Positions 9,709 through 20,363 of a stretch of DNA of 64,000 bases are shown here, one piece after another. The notes beneath the pieces are model-generated. The model was not told the DNA's origin and ran no database searches. It saw only the letters and a list, made by a program, of their open reading frames with translations. Within the stretch, counting starts at the first letter, position 1. Each line of letters starts with the position of its first letter. Source of the stretch: Trypanosoma brucei (lineage: Eukaryota). The translations under genes were made by a program, and so were the position numbers. Where the stretch lies: assembly GCA_000002445.1 (NCBI GenBank), contig CP000070.1:416001-480000 (forward strand). Reading direction: 5' to 3'.

Positions 9709-10926
9709 ATGCGCTTGTTGAAAAAGTCGGTGACAGCAGAAGGTGCTGTGGAGGTAAAGTTGCAAGTAAGTACCAGTGAAGATTTGTGGCATTTATATAA
9801 TTTGGTGCTTCCAGGAGACCAGGTACGCACGAACACAAGACGAAAGGTTGTGAAGGAAACTTCTATAGGATCACAGGCTGCGGAGGTGCGAACAATTACA
9901 TTACAGTTACAGGTACGCAACACAGAGTTCTCTCCTGATGAGCTACGCGTTCAGGGAGTTAACGTTAAGGAGAATGAATGCGTAAAGTTGGGTGCACATC
10001 ACACACTTTCAGTACACGCATTTCCACCGCAGGATGTTGTGATTTTGAAGGATGAGTGGAATGATGTATTCGCTGCACGTCTGAAGGAAGCGTGCGATAA
10101 TGAGTCGCGAGCAGACACAGTGGCAGTTTTGATGGACAGTGGTACTGCATCCGTTCTCCTGGTAACTCCTTCCTTCATGTACACAAAAGCAAAGATTGAG
10201 GTGTCCATAGCCAAGAAACATAAGAACGATGGAACCGCACGGGATAGGAGCATTCAGCGGTTCTTCAAACAAGTGTTGGACGCCCTCTGCATGCACGTAG
10301 ACTTTGATAAGGCTAAGTTGATCCTTATTTGCTCTCCGGCGCATGTGCGGGAGGAATTCAAAGCGTATGTAGAAGCCGCAATGGCTCATTCTGAGGCTAT
10401 GGCTATGCGCAACCTCCGCAAAAACTTTTCTAAGATAGTGTTAATAAAGGTGAGAGACAATACGAACGACGCCCTTCGTGAGGCGTTCGCGGATCCTAAC
10501 ATTGCAAATCAGATGGAATCTACACGATGCCGTGACGAGATAAAAGTGTGGCAGGACTTTCAGAAGACGATGGATGAGGATCCAGACCGCTGCGTATATA
10601 CGCCACAAATGGTTTACAGAGCGGCGATGTTAGGGGCTGTGGGAAAACTTATGGTGAGTGACGTTGTGTTTCGCTCTGAAGACCCCACAGTGCGTCGCTT
10701 TTACCTTTCACTCATTCGTTTTGTGCGGCAGGGCGGTGGTGGTGTTAGTGTTTTTTCTAGTAACCACGTCACTGGCGAGCAGTTAACGCAGTTGGGGTTT
10801 GTTGCAGCTATTCTTCATTTCCCCTGTGATGAACTTGATGATCTGGAGGTGGTGGAAAATTTTATCGACAGCGAGGAAGCCGCAACCTTCATTCGGGAAA
10901 ATGCTGCGGCAAGTGTAGTTGTGTAA
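9709..10926 (+). CDS. Pelota/Dom34 ribosome-rescue factor (405 aa from ATG at 9709; longest ORF starts at 9571 inside the pyrimidine tract)
   Basis: N-terminus 'MRLLKKSVTAEGAVEVKLQVSTSEDLWHLYNLVLPGDQVR' closely matches the Pelota N-domain 'MKL..K.......G.V.L.PEE.EDMWH.YNL...GD'. A downstream eRF1-like central/C domain pattern is present. Confidence 0.8.
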   Translation: MRLLKKSVTAEGAVEVKLQVSTSEDLWHLYNLVLPGDQVRTNTRRKVVKETSIGSQAAEVRTITLQLQVRNTEFSPDELRVQGVNVKENECVKLGAHHTLSVHAFPPQDVVILKDEWNDVFAARLKEACDNESRADTVAVLMDSGTASVLLVTPSFMYTKAKIEVSIAKKHKNDGTARDRSIQRFFKQVLDALCMHVDFDKAKLILICSPAHVREEFKAYVEAAMAHSEAMAMRNLRKNFSKIVLIKVRDNTNDALREAFADPNIANQMESTRCRDEIKVWQDFQKTMDEDPDRCVYTPQMVYRAAMLGAVGKLMVSDVVFRSEDPTVRRFYLSLIRFVRQGGGGVSVFSSNHVTGEQLTQLGFVAAILHFPCDELDDLEVVENFIDSEEAATFIRENAAASVVV

Positions 10927-11229
10927 CTGTGGGTTTTGCCCCTTTCCGATATGCGTGACGATAAAACCGATAATCTGGGGATGTACCCTCGCCAACCATT
11001 TTGTGCGTTGGGGCGTGCGGGGGGAGAGGGCCCGCAGTGCGGGTGTTTCATCAAAGGTGTTACTAATTTGAAGGTGCCGCTACTTCCTTCGGTGACGCAC
11101 TATTATTCCGTACTCTGCTCTATCTTTCGCTTTTTTAAAAAAATCTTTTGTAGCTTTGCTGCTCCCTCCTCCCCCCTCTCTGTAGCTCTTACTGCTTAAT
11201 TCTCTTCCTTTGTTGTTTCGCCAAAGGAG

Positions 11230-12072
11230 ATGATAAAGTTCACTCTGCGGTACTTCGCAGTAAGTAGCTCGACATTTTATCGGCTTCCTCGTCGAATGAG
11301 TACGCCAACTACGCGTTGGGCGGCGTTCTGCGCGTTGTATTCCCATCGTGAACTTCTGCTTTGTACGATCTGTCGAGGTGTTTGCTCCGGGAAATCAAGC
11401 CAGCGCTCTATTGTGGTTGAGAAGAATGAAACTCCTAACCCTGATTGCCTTCGGTTCTACTCGATGGAGCTGTCATTCCTTCCTCCTGGTCGGTCTTTAG
11501 ACCTTCCAGATGCTCAGCACGCCGGCAAATCGCCATTAGCTGAGTTGCTGTTCAGCATCAGCGGAGTACAGTCGGTTTTCCTTGCGGATGAATATATCAC
11601 TGTAGGCAAAGTTCCCCATGTGGATTGGGGTTCCCTCGTACCGCAGATACAAGAGTGTATCGTTGAGTTTGCCGAGAGCGGCGTGGGTGTTCTCTCCGAG
11701 GAGGGAGAGGCATGTTTTGTCGACAACAATAACGATACTGATCCAGAGGATGATGATGATGAGGTAGTGCTTGCAGTGAAGGAGTTGCTCTCTGCTCGTA
11801 TACGGCCGCTTCTTCGAGCAGACGGGGGTAATGTTCGTTACATTAGCATGGATGACGGAACAGTTTTCGTGCTGCTGGAGGGCGCATGCAAGTCCTGTCC
11901 ATCATCTGGAGTTACGCTCAAGAATGGAATTGAGCGCATGCTCATGCACTGGATACCTGAGGTAGTTGAGGTGCAAGAGTGCACAGATGAGATGGCGAGT
12001 GATTTACTGGCGGAAAAGGAACTTCGAAGGAAATTGAAGAAGGATGAGGTGAGCGCCTCACAATCAAACTAG
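11230..12072 (+). CDS. NFU-type iron-sulfur cluster scaffold protein (Nfu_N plus NifU C-terminal domain; 280 aa)
   Basis: C-terminal 'GACKSCPSSGVTLKNGIERMLMHWIPEV' carries the CxxC cluster-binding motif of NFU1. The upstream region is Nfu_N-like ('SPLAELLFSISGVQSVFLADEYITV'). A basic N-terminus is consistent with mitochondrial targeting. Confidence 0.8.
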   Translation: MIKFTLRYFAVSSSTFYRLPRRMSTPTTRWAAFCALYSHRELLLCTICRGVCSGKSSQRSIVVEKNETPNPDCLRFYSMELSFLPPGRSLDLPDAQHAGKSPLAELLFSISGVQSVFLADEYITVGKVPHVDWGSLVPQIQECIVEFAESGVGVLSEEGEACFVDNNNDTDPEDDDDEVVLAVKELLSARIRPLLRADGGNVRYISMDDGTVFVLLEGACKSCPSSGVTLKNGIERMLMHWIPEVVEVQECTDEMASDLLAEKELRRKLKKDEVSASQSN

Positions 12073-12095
12073 GACGCATCCCATTCCCCGTGTTT

Positions 12096-12110
12096 GGGGG
12101 GGGGGGGGGG
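12096..12110. repeat. Homopolymer G15 followed by (GGC)3
   Basis: tgtttgggggggggggggggcggcggcg read directly, 24 nt after the NFU stop. Confidence 0.9.
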
Positions 12111-13044
12111 CGGCGGCGCTGACGACGGTGCGTGTCTGTTTGTTGGTGTTGTTGTTGTTTGACGTATGCGACAAACGAATAACTGCAATAATCGTTTGTT
12201 TGTCAAGGATTCTGTCTGGTTCAAAATTACAAGGTCTTGGGCAACACGGTATATCAGTGGCTGATCAGCTGCGGCGCGGGGGTCCTCGTCATGTTGTTGT
12301 ATCCCCTGTTTCCTAGTTAACAGCCATCGTTGCTCACTTCACGTATCGTTTGCTGTAATTTCCAACCGGGGAGGAGTGTGTGGTGTTCCGTTAGTGGTGG
12401 TGGTCGATTTACCGGTGACTTTACCCAAACCGCTTCACATTTCGGCGTTTAGTCGGTTACGGGAAAACGTTACAGGATTTAGTGCTGTAAGATGAAGCAT
12501 CAGGGTCCTCAAGGATCCTGTAGGCACAGTCGTGATGGGCTTGCTGACCGTGTCTGTTTCGACACTGCTAAACGGCTGCCCTTACTGGGTCATTACCATG
12601 ACGTATTCCTTTTACTTGTTACAGATATATATCGTCTCAGTGAGGCTGTCACGGGGTTGTTAGTTGTAATGAGCAAGGCTTTGCGTTGGTTGATTTTTTT
12701 AGTGAGGAGTACGTGGCTTTATATATATATCTTTCATTCAGGTGATGCTTTGTCATCCTGCTTTCATCGCCAACGTTCGGTTCCTCTTTCTTTCCTTCAC
12801 TATTTTTACGCCTTGTTTCACCAGTCATACCACTTACGCATAGTTGTATTTCTCCCCAACATTATTCCCTTTCCCCCTGCTGTTACCTGTTCATCGACGA
12901 AACAGATTTCCTCCGTCTTTTTTTCCCCCTTACATGGAGGCTTTTACCGCTTTCAAGGCTGTTTTGGATCGTATTTGTTATTTGTACTGCTTTTTCCCTA
13001 TTCAATTTACTCCACTGTAGCACAGCGCGGTCCATTGATCACAT

Positions 13045-13773
13045 ATGCCCGCTAAAGCTGTTCCCGCCCCGGAGTCTGCGATCAAGCGCGCTGCCTTCAA
13101 GCAGCAGCAGACGGAGAACTTCAAGAAGGCGATCGCTGCGAACAAAGTGGCGGCGGCTGCCCTGAAGAAACTTGCGTACAGTCGTGGTCTCAAGTACTCT
13201 CGTGAGTACCGCTCCACCGAGAAGAAGCTTGCTGGCTTGCGTCGGAACGCGAGGCAGCACGGTAACTACTACCTTGAGGCAAAACCAAAGGTAGCTGTTG
13301 TCACCCGTATTCGCGGTATTGCGAAGGTGCCACCAAAGCAGCGCAAGATCCTGCAGCTTCTGAGGCTCCGTCAGATCTTCAATACTGTGTTCGTGCGGTT
13401 GAATAAACCAATGGAGAATATGCTCCGCGCAGTGGAGCCGTACATTGCGTATGGCTATCCGTCATTGAGTACGGTACGCGCGATGGTGTACAAGCGTGGG
13501 CACTTGAAGATCAACGGTCAGCGTGTGAAGATCACCGATAACCAGATGATTAAGGACAAGTACCACAACGATGATATCGTCTGTGCCGAAGACATTGTTA
13601 ACCAGATCTACGCCTGCGGTAAGCACTTCCGGACTGTGACGAATGGTTTGTGGCCCTTCAAGCTTGCGCCCCCTGCTGGTGGCATGCGGCAAAAGCGCCG
13701 TCACTTCGTCGAGGGTGGTGATTACGGCAACCGTGACACATTGATCAACCGCTTCCTCGCGCGTATGATCTAA
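13045..13773 (+). CDS. RPL7: 60S ribosomal protein L7 (uL30), copy 1
   Basis: 'KVPPKQRKILQLLRLRQIFNTVFVRLNKPMENMLRAVEPYIAYGYPSL...INGQRV' is the hallmark uL30/L7 eukaryotic sequence. 242 aa. Confidence 0.9.
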   Translation: MPAKAVPAPESAIKRAAFKQQQTENFKKAIAANKVAAAALKKLAYSRGLKYSREYRSTEKKLAGLRRNARQHGNYYLEAKPKVAVVTRIRGIAKVPPKQRKILQLLRLRQIFNTVFVRLNKPMENMLRAVEPYIAYGYPSLSTVRAMVYKRGHLKINGQRVKITDNQMIKDKYHNDDIVCAEDIVNQIYACGKHFRTVTNGLWPFKLAPPAGGMRQKRRHFVEGGDYGNRDTLINRFLARMI

Positions 13774-14057
13774 ACTCAGCGGCGACGGTGGAGCACTGTG
13801 CATTATTACTTTGAAATAGTATTTTGTTTTTCGTTTGATGTGGGTGTGTTGTGTGTACTATTTTTCCACGGCTACCTATTCATCTTTCTCGGTTCTACTT
13901 AGGTGGAGCTTTAAATTTCACTTCAATAAAAAATCTCTCCTGCGTACTTTACGAAAGTTTTGTTACCAACAGAACACGAGTATCTAATTTTCTCCGTTCT
14001 GCCTTTACTTTAATGTTTATGACGGGACTCATACTGTTAGGAAAAGGTAGAGAAGTT

Positions 14058-14786
14058 ATGCCCGCTAAAGCTGTTCCCGCCCCGGAGTCTGCGATCAAGC
14101 GCGCTGCCTTCAAGCAGCAGCAGACGGAGAACTTCAAGAAGGCGATCGCTGCGAACAAAGTGGCGGCGGCTGCCCTGAAGAAACTTGCGTACAGTCGTGG
14201 TCTCAAGTACTCTCGTGAGTACCGCTCCACCGAGAAGAAGCTTGCTGGCTTGCGTCGGAACGCGAGGCAGCACGGTAACTACTACCTTGAGGCAAAACCA
14301 AAGGTAGCTGTTGTCACCCGTATTCGCGGTATTGCGAAGGTGCCACCAAAGCAGCGCAAGATCCTGCAGCTTCTGAGGCTCCGTCAGATCTTCAATACTG
14401 TGTTCGTGCGGTTGAATAAACCAATGGAGAATATGCTCCGCGCAGTGGAGCCGTACATTGCGTATGGCTATCCGTCATTGAGTACGGTACGCGCGATGGT
14501 GTACAAGCGTGGGCACTTGAAGATCAACGGTCAGCGTGTGAAGATCACCGATAACCAGATGATTAAGGACAAGTACCACAACGATGATATCGTCTGTGCC
14601 GAAGACATTGTTAACCAGATCTACGCCTGCGGTAAGCACTTCCGGACTGTGACGAATGGTTTGTGGCCCTTCAAGCTTGCGCCCCCTGCTGGTGGCATGC
14701 GGCAAAAGCGCCGTCACTTCGTCGAGGGTGGTGATTACGGCAACCGTGACACATTGATCAACCGCTTCCTCGCGCGTATGATCTAA
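14058..14786 (+). CDS. RPL7: 60S ribosomal protein L7 (uL30), copy 2
   Basis: Protein identical to copy 1. The longest ORF (13851..14786) has a 69-aa extension that is translated 3'UTR/intergenic sequence. The ATG at 14058 corresponds to the copy-1 start. Confidence 0.9.
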   Translation: MPAKAVPAPESAIKRAAFKQQQTENFKKAIAANKVAAAALKKLAYSRGLKYSREYRSTEKKLAGLRRNARQHGNYYLEAKPKVAVVTRIRGIAKVPPKQRKILQLLRLRQIFNTVFVRLNKPMENMLRAVEPYIAYGYPSLSTVRAMVYKRGHLKINGQRVKITDNQMIKDKYHNDDIVCAEDIVNQIYACGKHFRTVTNGLWPFKLAPPAGGMRQKRRHFVEGGDYGNRDTLINRFLARMI

Positions 14787-15070
14787 ACTCAGCGGCGACG
14801 GTGGAGCACTGTGCATTATTACTTTGAAATAGTATTTTGTTTTTCGTTTGATGTGGGTGTGTTGTGTGTACTATTTTTCCACGGCTACCTATTCATCTTT
14901 CTCGGTTCTACTTAGGTGGAGCTTTAAATTTCACTTCAATAAAAAATCTCTCCTGCGTACTTTACGAAAGTTTTGTTACCAACAGAACACGAGTATCTAA
15001 TTTTCTCCGTTCTGCCTTTACTTTAATGTTTATGACGGGACTCATACTGTTAGGAAAAGGTAGAGAAGTT

Positions 15071-15799
15071 ATGCCCGCTAAAGCTGTTCCCGCCCCGGAG
15101 TCTGCGATCAAGCGCGCTGCCTTCAAGCAGCAGCAGACGGAGAACTTCAAGAAGGCGATCGCTGCGAACAAAGTGGCGGCGGCTGCCCTGAAGAAACTTG
15201 CGTACAGTCGTGGTCTCAAGTACTCTCGTGAGTACCGCTCCACCGAGAAGAAGCTTGCTGGCTTGCGTCGGAACGCGAGGCAGCACGGTAACTACTACCT
15301 TGAGGCAAAACCAAAGGTAGCTGTTGTCACCCGTATTCGCGGTATTGCGAAGGTGCCACCAAAGCAGCGCAAGATCCTGCAGCTTCTGAGGCTCCGTCAG
15401 ATCTTCAATACTGTGTTCGTGCGGTTGAATAAACCAATGGAGAATATGCTCCGCGCAGTGGAGCCGTACATTGCGTATGGCTATCCGTCATTGAGTACGG
15501 TACGCGCGATGGTGTACAAGCGTGGGCACTTGAAGATCAACGGTCAGCGTGTGAAGATCACCGATAACCAGATGATTAAGGACAAGTACCACAACGATGA
15601 TATCGTCTGTGCCGAAGACATTGTTAACCAGATCTACGCCTGCGGTAAGCACTTCCGGACTGTGACGAATGGTTTGTGGCCCTTCAAGCTTGCGCCCCCT
15701 GCTGGTGGCATGCGGCAAAAGCGCCGTCACTTCGTCGAGGGTGGTGATTACGGCAACCGTGACACATTGATCAACCGCTTCCTCGCGCGTATGATCTAA
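15071..15799 (+). CDS. RPL7: 60S ribosomal protein L7 (uL30), copy 3
   Basis: Protein identical to copies 1 and 2. The downstream sequence diverges 7 nt after the stop. Confidence 0.9.
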   Translation: MPAKAVPAPESAIKRAAFKQQQTENFKKAIAANKVAAAALKKLAYSRGLKYSREYRSTEKKLAGLRRNARQHGNYYLEAKPKVAVVTRIRGIAKVPPKQRKILQLLRLRQIFNTVFVRLNKPMENMLRAVEPYIAYGYPSLSTVRAMVYKRGHLKINGQRVKITDNQMIKDKYHNDDIVCAEDIVNQIYACGKHFRTVTNGLWPFKLAPPAGGMRQKRRHFVEGGDYGNRDTLINRFLARMI

Positions 15800-16871
15800 A
15801 CTCTGTGGCGACAACTTCTTGAGGAAAACCTTTCCATCCTATTTAGTTTTCCTTTCTGATTTTTTGTGTTTGTTGATTTTACTATTTTTTACTGCCTGTT
15901 GAGGCTGCTTGCGTTCACTGTTTCCCAACCACTGCTGGCAGTTTGCTTTGTCATGTGGTGGTGGGGGGAAGGTGCTAGTTACTCGTCTCATCGGGTGATA
16001 TTTGTTTTGCCTATGATATTTGTATCTATGCTCTTTTCCCTAATTGTTCTTTTTTTTTTTTTGTATTCTAAAATGGGTCTTAGTTGTGTTTACCAGGTTG
16101 TCCATATCGTTTAGTACAAGTGGGTGCGGAGGTACTGTGTTTACTTATTAGCGGGACATTTCATGAAACGGAAAGAAGGCAATTGGAGGGTGAATGTCGT
16201 TGGGTTCTACGTGAGGGCACGGGCAGTCGTGGTTTAAACATTTTTTGTGGTCGCTGTGCAATCCCGATTCACGACATTCCTCACCACTATGATTAACTTG
16301 TAATGAAGTACTTCGTTGCAATGAGGGGGTGAAGGGTAGGTGAAGGGTATGTACTTTCACTAAGTTTCTAGCGGGGCAAACGGAAGGCGGTGTCTGCGAT
16401 CAGCCAACGGGATCTTGCGTGTGTTACAACTGAAAGTGCGCCATCCTGTGTATCTTGCGATAGGGCGGTGACGGTTATTGGTTCCCTTTGATTTTCAGTT
16501 CAAGCCATCACCAGTCACGCCTTGCGCCACAGTGCCTACGGCATTTGGTGTGTTGTTAAATTACAGGATTATTGGTTCCCCGCTCGTTATATCAGCAATG
16601 AATGCAGGAGAATGGGAGAAAGGGTCGAAGACAATGTTTTTTGTTTTCAACACAAGGGAGGAGACTCAGTATTAGGTGGTATACTTTCTTCATACGCCAA
16701 ATCTGTTCTAGACGTACGAGAGTGAGTTTGTCTCTCTTTCATTTACTTCATCGCTTCCCCACCCATTCAACTTCCTCCCCCGTTTTACCTACAACCGGGT
16801 GAGGAAGAAAAAATTGTAAAAGGTCTCCATTGTCATATAGCAGGAACTAAAACGTTTCCATTTCAGCAAAG

Positions 16872-18089
16872 GTGATGGAGCATCTAATCGCTGCGAGGCC
16901 GCTGCCACCTGCCATAGGAAGGGGCGATAAAATCGAAGGAGCAAAAGCACCTGAAAGAATGAAAACGTCCATAAGAGACAAATTAGCTGCCGTGCAAAGC
17001 ATGCGTACCAACGAGCTGCAGGAGGCCCTTGCACGAGAAAAGCAACTGTCATACGTTATATGTGAGTTGAAGAAACGCTCGGGGGAAATGGAGGTATCGC
17101 GGGAAACGGAGCGAGAAATAAACGCGCAGAAGTCCTTTTATATTATTAAGGAAAACGAGTGCCTGAAGAAGCAGGTTCAGTTGCTGGAGAGGGAACTTGC
17201 TGACGCAAGGCGGAGGTACGAGAGGGAACTCTTGCGGCTGCAAACAGCGCTGAATAATACGCAGGAGATGCTTGTAACGGATAGGCAGATATCGAAGAAG
17301 CGAGAAGGTGAGAGGGAGGAAGCCGTTCAACGTTTAGTGACGAACCTTCGCCTCATGCAAGCAGAGATTGTGCATTACGAATCGGAGAATAAACGGTTGG
17401 AGGCCACGAAGCAGGCGCTGAGTGAGTCGAAAGCCGAATGTGAATCGGTGAGAGCGGAGTGCTCCCTATGGAAAGAAATCTGTCAGCATCAGCAGTGGTT
17501 TCTTTTGAATGAGCGGGAGGAATTTGTAGATGCTCTTCGTGTTCATGAATTGGAGGAGAAACAACTGTGGGAAGGTACCACTTGCGCAGCGGCTAAGGTG
17601 ATGGCCGGATATGCGAAGTCTGTAACTGAGCGTATGGAAAGCGAAGTTGACATCTGTTTTAAGTTAAAAATGCTTATGCTGAAGGATGTGGTGTCCACCA
17701 TGAAAGCAGAGCAACTCGAGGAGCAGCGAAAGTTGGCGGCTGAGGAACTGAAAGAGCTGAGGGAGAAGCGTATGGCACTGATGAAGCTATTTGACAACTA
17801 CCAGCTGCAAATAGAACAAAATCAGAGGGAGAACTGCGAGAGTTTAGCACTGCTGAAGTCAGTTGATGATGCCACAATGGCGTATGTCTTGAAGCAAAGG
17901 GATCAAGAGGTGGTAGATAAAATATGTCTATGGAAGGGTGCATATTTAGAGGGTGATAAACTTTTACGGGCACTACTCAAGCGCTATCAACCGTTCCAGC
18001 GGGGAGACGAGAAGTTTGTCTCCCATGTCATTGGATACTTGAACAAAGGGCCGCATGTGCAAGAACCACTTGATATATGGCTTGATTAG
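16872..18089 (+). CDS. Coiled-coil hypothetical protein (405 aa)
   Basis: Heptad-like E/K/R/L/Q-rich sequence throughout, e.g. 'LKKQVQLLERELADARRRYERELLRLQTALNNTQEM'. A long ORF in the sense orientation of the cluster. A pyrimidine tract lies upstream at 16725-16800. Confidence 0.6.
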   Translation: MMEHLIAARPLPPAIGRGDKIEGAKAPERMKTSIRDKLAAVQSMRTNELQEALAREKQLSYVICELKKRSGEMEVSRETEREINAQKSFYIIKENECLKKQVQLLERELADARRRYERELLRLQTALNNTQEMLVTDRQISKKREGEREEAVQRLVTNLRLMQAEIVHYESENKRLEATKQALSESKAECESVRAECSLWKEICQHQQWFLLNEREEFVDALRVHELEEKQLWEGTTCAAAKVMAGYAKSVTERMESEVDICFKLKMLMLKDVVSTMKAEQLEEQRKLAAEELKELREKRMALMKLFDNYQLQIEQNQRENCESLALLKSVDDATMAYVLKQRDQEVVDKICLWKGAYLEGDKLLRALLKRYQPFQRGDEKFVSHVIGYLNKGPHVQEPLDIWLD

Positions 18090-18533
18090 TGATGTCTGTT
18101 GTTGTTGTATTCAGGTGGCAATCTCCACCTCAAATGTAGTTAGACATCATCAGTGCCGCCTTTATTTATTTATTTTTGTATTTTTGCTTCCCTACCCTCT
18201 ACATTTGATACATGCGCACTTTTCATGTGGGGAACACTTCGCTACCTGTGATTTTATGTACGTTGCAACTGTCTTCTTTTTTTTTTTTTTTGTGGAAATA
18301 GTAGTATACTTGCGTGCCCCCCTTTTTTTTCACAGTTCTACTACTGGAAAGATGAGAGGATTTGGCGAAGCTCTTTTTCTTTTTTCATTTACTTTCTGAA
18401 GAAGTGCAGAAGCTTCTCTCACTGATGCTGTTGTCCTTGTTTCCAATTACCGGTCCTTCTGTTTCTGCAACTTAAATTATTAAACCACTTTTTACGTTCT
18501 CCAATCATCTTCTACACAAACATCAACAATCAT

Positions 18534-20363
18534 ATGCGAAGAGTAATGGATCGTATATACAGCCAGCCGGGGATAAACGCGATTATCCGTGAGAAGGCTG
18601 CTGAGCTCGGTAGCGCTGCTGCGGCTCTGTCATACGTCCATAGACACCTCCGTGAGGCGCTTTCCAGTGCAGAAGTGGCTACGGCAGTTCACGATGTCTT
18701 TCCAATCGGTGCTTCGCAGGATTCCGTAGGGAAATTATGTCGGTGCCGCGGGATGATTCAGGAAGTGGACCCAAGTGTTGCGTTATACCGTGCTTCCCCC
18801 AATAATTTTTTGGGTGCAGAAACCACGGATGATGCTGTAATGCTGGAGGCCCTTCAGGTGTACGTTATTCCTGTCCCCGGTAACGCACACTTTTATGGCA
18901 TCCAAGATCAACAACAAACGGGATATCAGCAAGCTCAGGGTGCCGCAACGTGCACTGAAGGTGGTGGCTTCCTTCCAGCGGATACTTCGGATTTAGGCCG
19001 CAACTCCGGTCTTGACCGTAAGCGACGCGAACGGACACCAATGGGAGATCAGACGCATCAGGGGGAGTGGAATAGTGAAGATCCCGACGTCGAGCGCGAC
19101 CCAAAGCAAAGCCGTTATGAAGGGGATAAGTTGTTGGGTACACTACCAGCGCATTCAGCAGCGAATGTACCACTTCACCACCAGCTGAACCTTCCACATC
19201 CACCACTCTGCTGGACGCTTCATACAGCCTGTGTTGTAACCGTGATTTATGGCGGTAGTGCGGAGGAGGAGCCGCTGCGACTCAACGACGTGGTTGACTT
19301 CTTCGGTTTTATTGACGAACCATCCATTGTTGAGCATTCATGTGGTCCATATGCCGAGGTAGAGGACTTCGAAAACTTTGATGCATGGCACACCGAACAA
19401 CTCCCTCCTGGTGTCCTCCCGCGAATGACATGTTTGTCGTGGCAGCGCGTCTACTGTCAACCTGACCGCCCACTGTGTCACTTCTACTTTGAGTCAAAAC
19501 GCCCCCTTGTCTTACAGCATTTAAAAAACACTGTATGTAAGGGAGACTCCTTACTGGCCGAATACATCTTGCTACACCTCTGTGCGCGCGTTATCACTCA
19601 GGAGGGTGGAATGCCCGTTGGAGACTTACCACTCCGGGTTGAGGGCGACATTGTGAATCTTGATATGTGGTCAGCATACATGAGGGAAGTTGCACCTGTG
19701 GGCGAGGTCCTGTTGGATTTATCGAAACTGACTAGTTCGTCTCTGCGTGTCACATCGAGCCTGGACGAGAAAAGCAACATATTACGCGCTGGTGTTCTCC
19801 AGTTAGCGAATGGGACACATGTCACACTTGACAGTCGTGCTGTTGCCATTGCCAGCAGCGGTGTCCAGGATGCTATTTTCTCTGCAGTCCACAAGCAGGT
19901 GCTGCAGCTGGAATACCCTTATCAGAAACTTGAACTGCCGATTGATCTTAGTTTCCTCGTTCTTTCGACCACAAAGTTGACTGATGAGATTGGTTTTTTG
20001 CAATTGGCTGTTTCTGTGCGGTGGTTACCAGAGCTCACAACGGAGGCTGCAATTTCTAACGATATTAGCGTAGACGAAGTGAGAGACTACTTTGCGCAGG
20101 TGCGGCGGTTGCCCCGCAGATTCGAAAGGGAGGATGACATTTCGACAACTCAACTATCTGACAAGTTGTTGGCTTTCTCCCAGTCTGAGCCGCGTTGGAA
20201 TAACCACGACTCATTCATACACAATAACTCTTTCGCTATGGCTGCTTCAATGATGCGTGCGTATGCAGCAAGTGTAGGACGCGAGGTAATTACCAACGAA
20301 AGCGTCGGTTTTGTTCTGGCTCTCGAAGGCCAGCGTGTAGCACGTTGTTATGATGAAACATAG
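18534..20363 (+). CDS. Conserved hypothetical protein (609 aa)
   Basis: Long ORF with normal coding composition. I recognise no diagnostic motif. Confidence 0.55.
   Translation: MRRVMDRIYSQPGINAIIREKAAELGSAAAALSYVHRHLREALSSAEVATAVHDVFPIGASQDSVGKLCRCRGMIQEVDPSVALYRASPNNFLGAETTDDAVMLEALQVYVIPVPGNAHFYGIQDQQQTGYQQAQGAATCTEGGGFLPADTSDLGRNSGLDRKRRERTPMGDQTHQGEWNSEDPDVERDPKQSRYEGDKLLGTLPAHSAANVPLHHQLNLPHPPLCWTLHTACVVTVIYGGSAEEEPLRLNDVVDFFGFIDEPSIVEHSCGPYAEVEDFENFDAWHTEQLPPGVLPRMTCLSWQRVYCQPDRPLCHFYFESKRPLVLQHLKNTVCKGDSLLAEYILLHLCARVITQEGGMPVGDLPLRVEGDIVNLDMWSAYMREVAPVGEVLLDLSKLTSSSLRVTSSLDEKSNILRAGVLQLANGTHVTLDSRAVAIASSGVQDAIFSAVHKQVLQLEYPYQKLELPIDLSFLVLSTTKLTDEIGFLQLAVSVRWLPELTTEAAISNDISVDEVRDYFAQVRRLPRRFEREDDISTTQLSDKLLAFSQSEPRWNNHDSFIHNNSFAMAASMMRAYAASVGREVITNESVGFVLALEGQRVARCYDET

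Larger units (their letters stand above)
13045..15799 (+). repeat. Tandem array of three ribosomal protein L7 genes, unit length 1,013 bp
   Basis: ORFs at 13045, 14058 and 15071 encode identical 242-aa proteins. Inter-copy sequence is identical for the first two spacers. Confidence 0.95.

Noticed and set aside
12492-13055. 187-aa + strand ORF between NFU and the first RPL7
   Set aside because: Its composition is low-complexity pyrimidine-rich (poly-F/L/Y). It overlaps the upstream processing region of RPL7 and ends inside the RPL7 start. It is most likely a translated intergenic tract.
13851-14786. 311-aa ORFs (13851..14786, 14864..15799) that appear to be N-terminally extended L7 proteins
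   Set aside because: The 69-aa extension is simply the inter-copy spacer read in frame (F/L-rich, from a pyrimidine tract). The internal ATG at 14058 / 15071 aligns with the copy-1 start, so the real genes are 242 aa.
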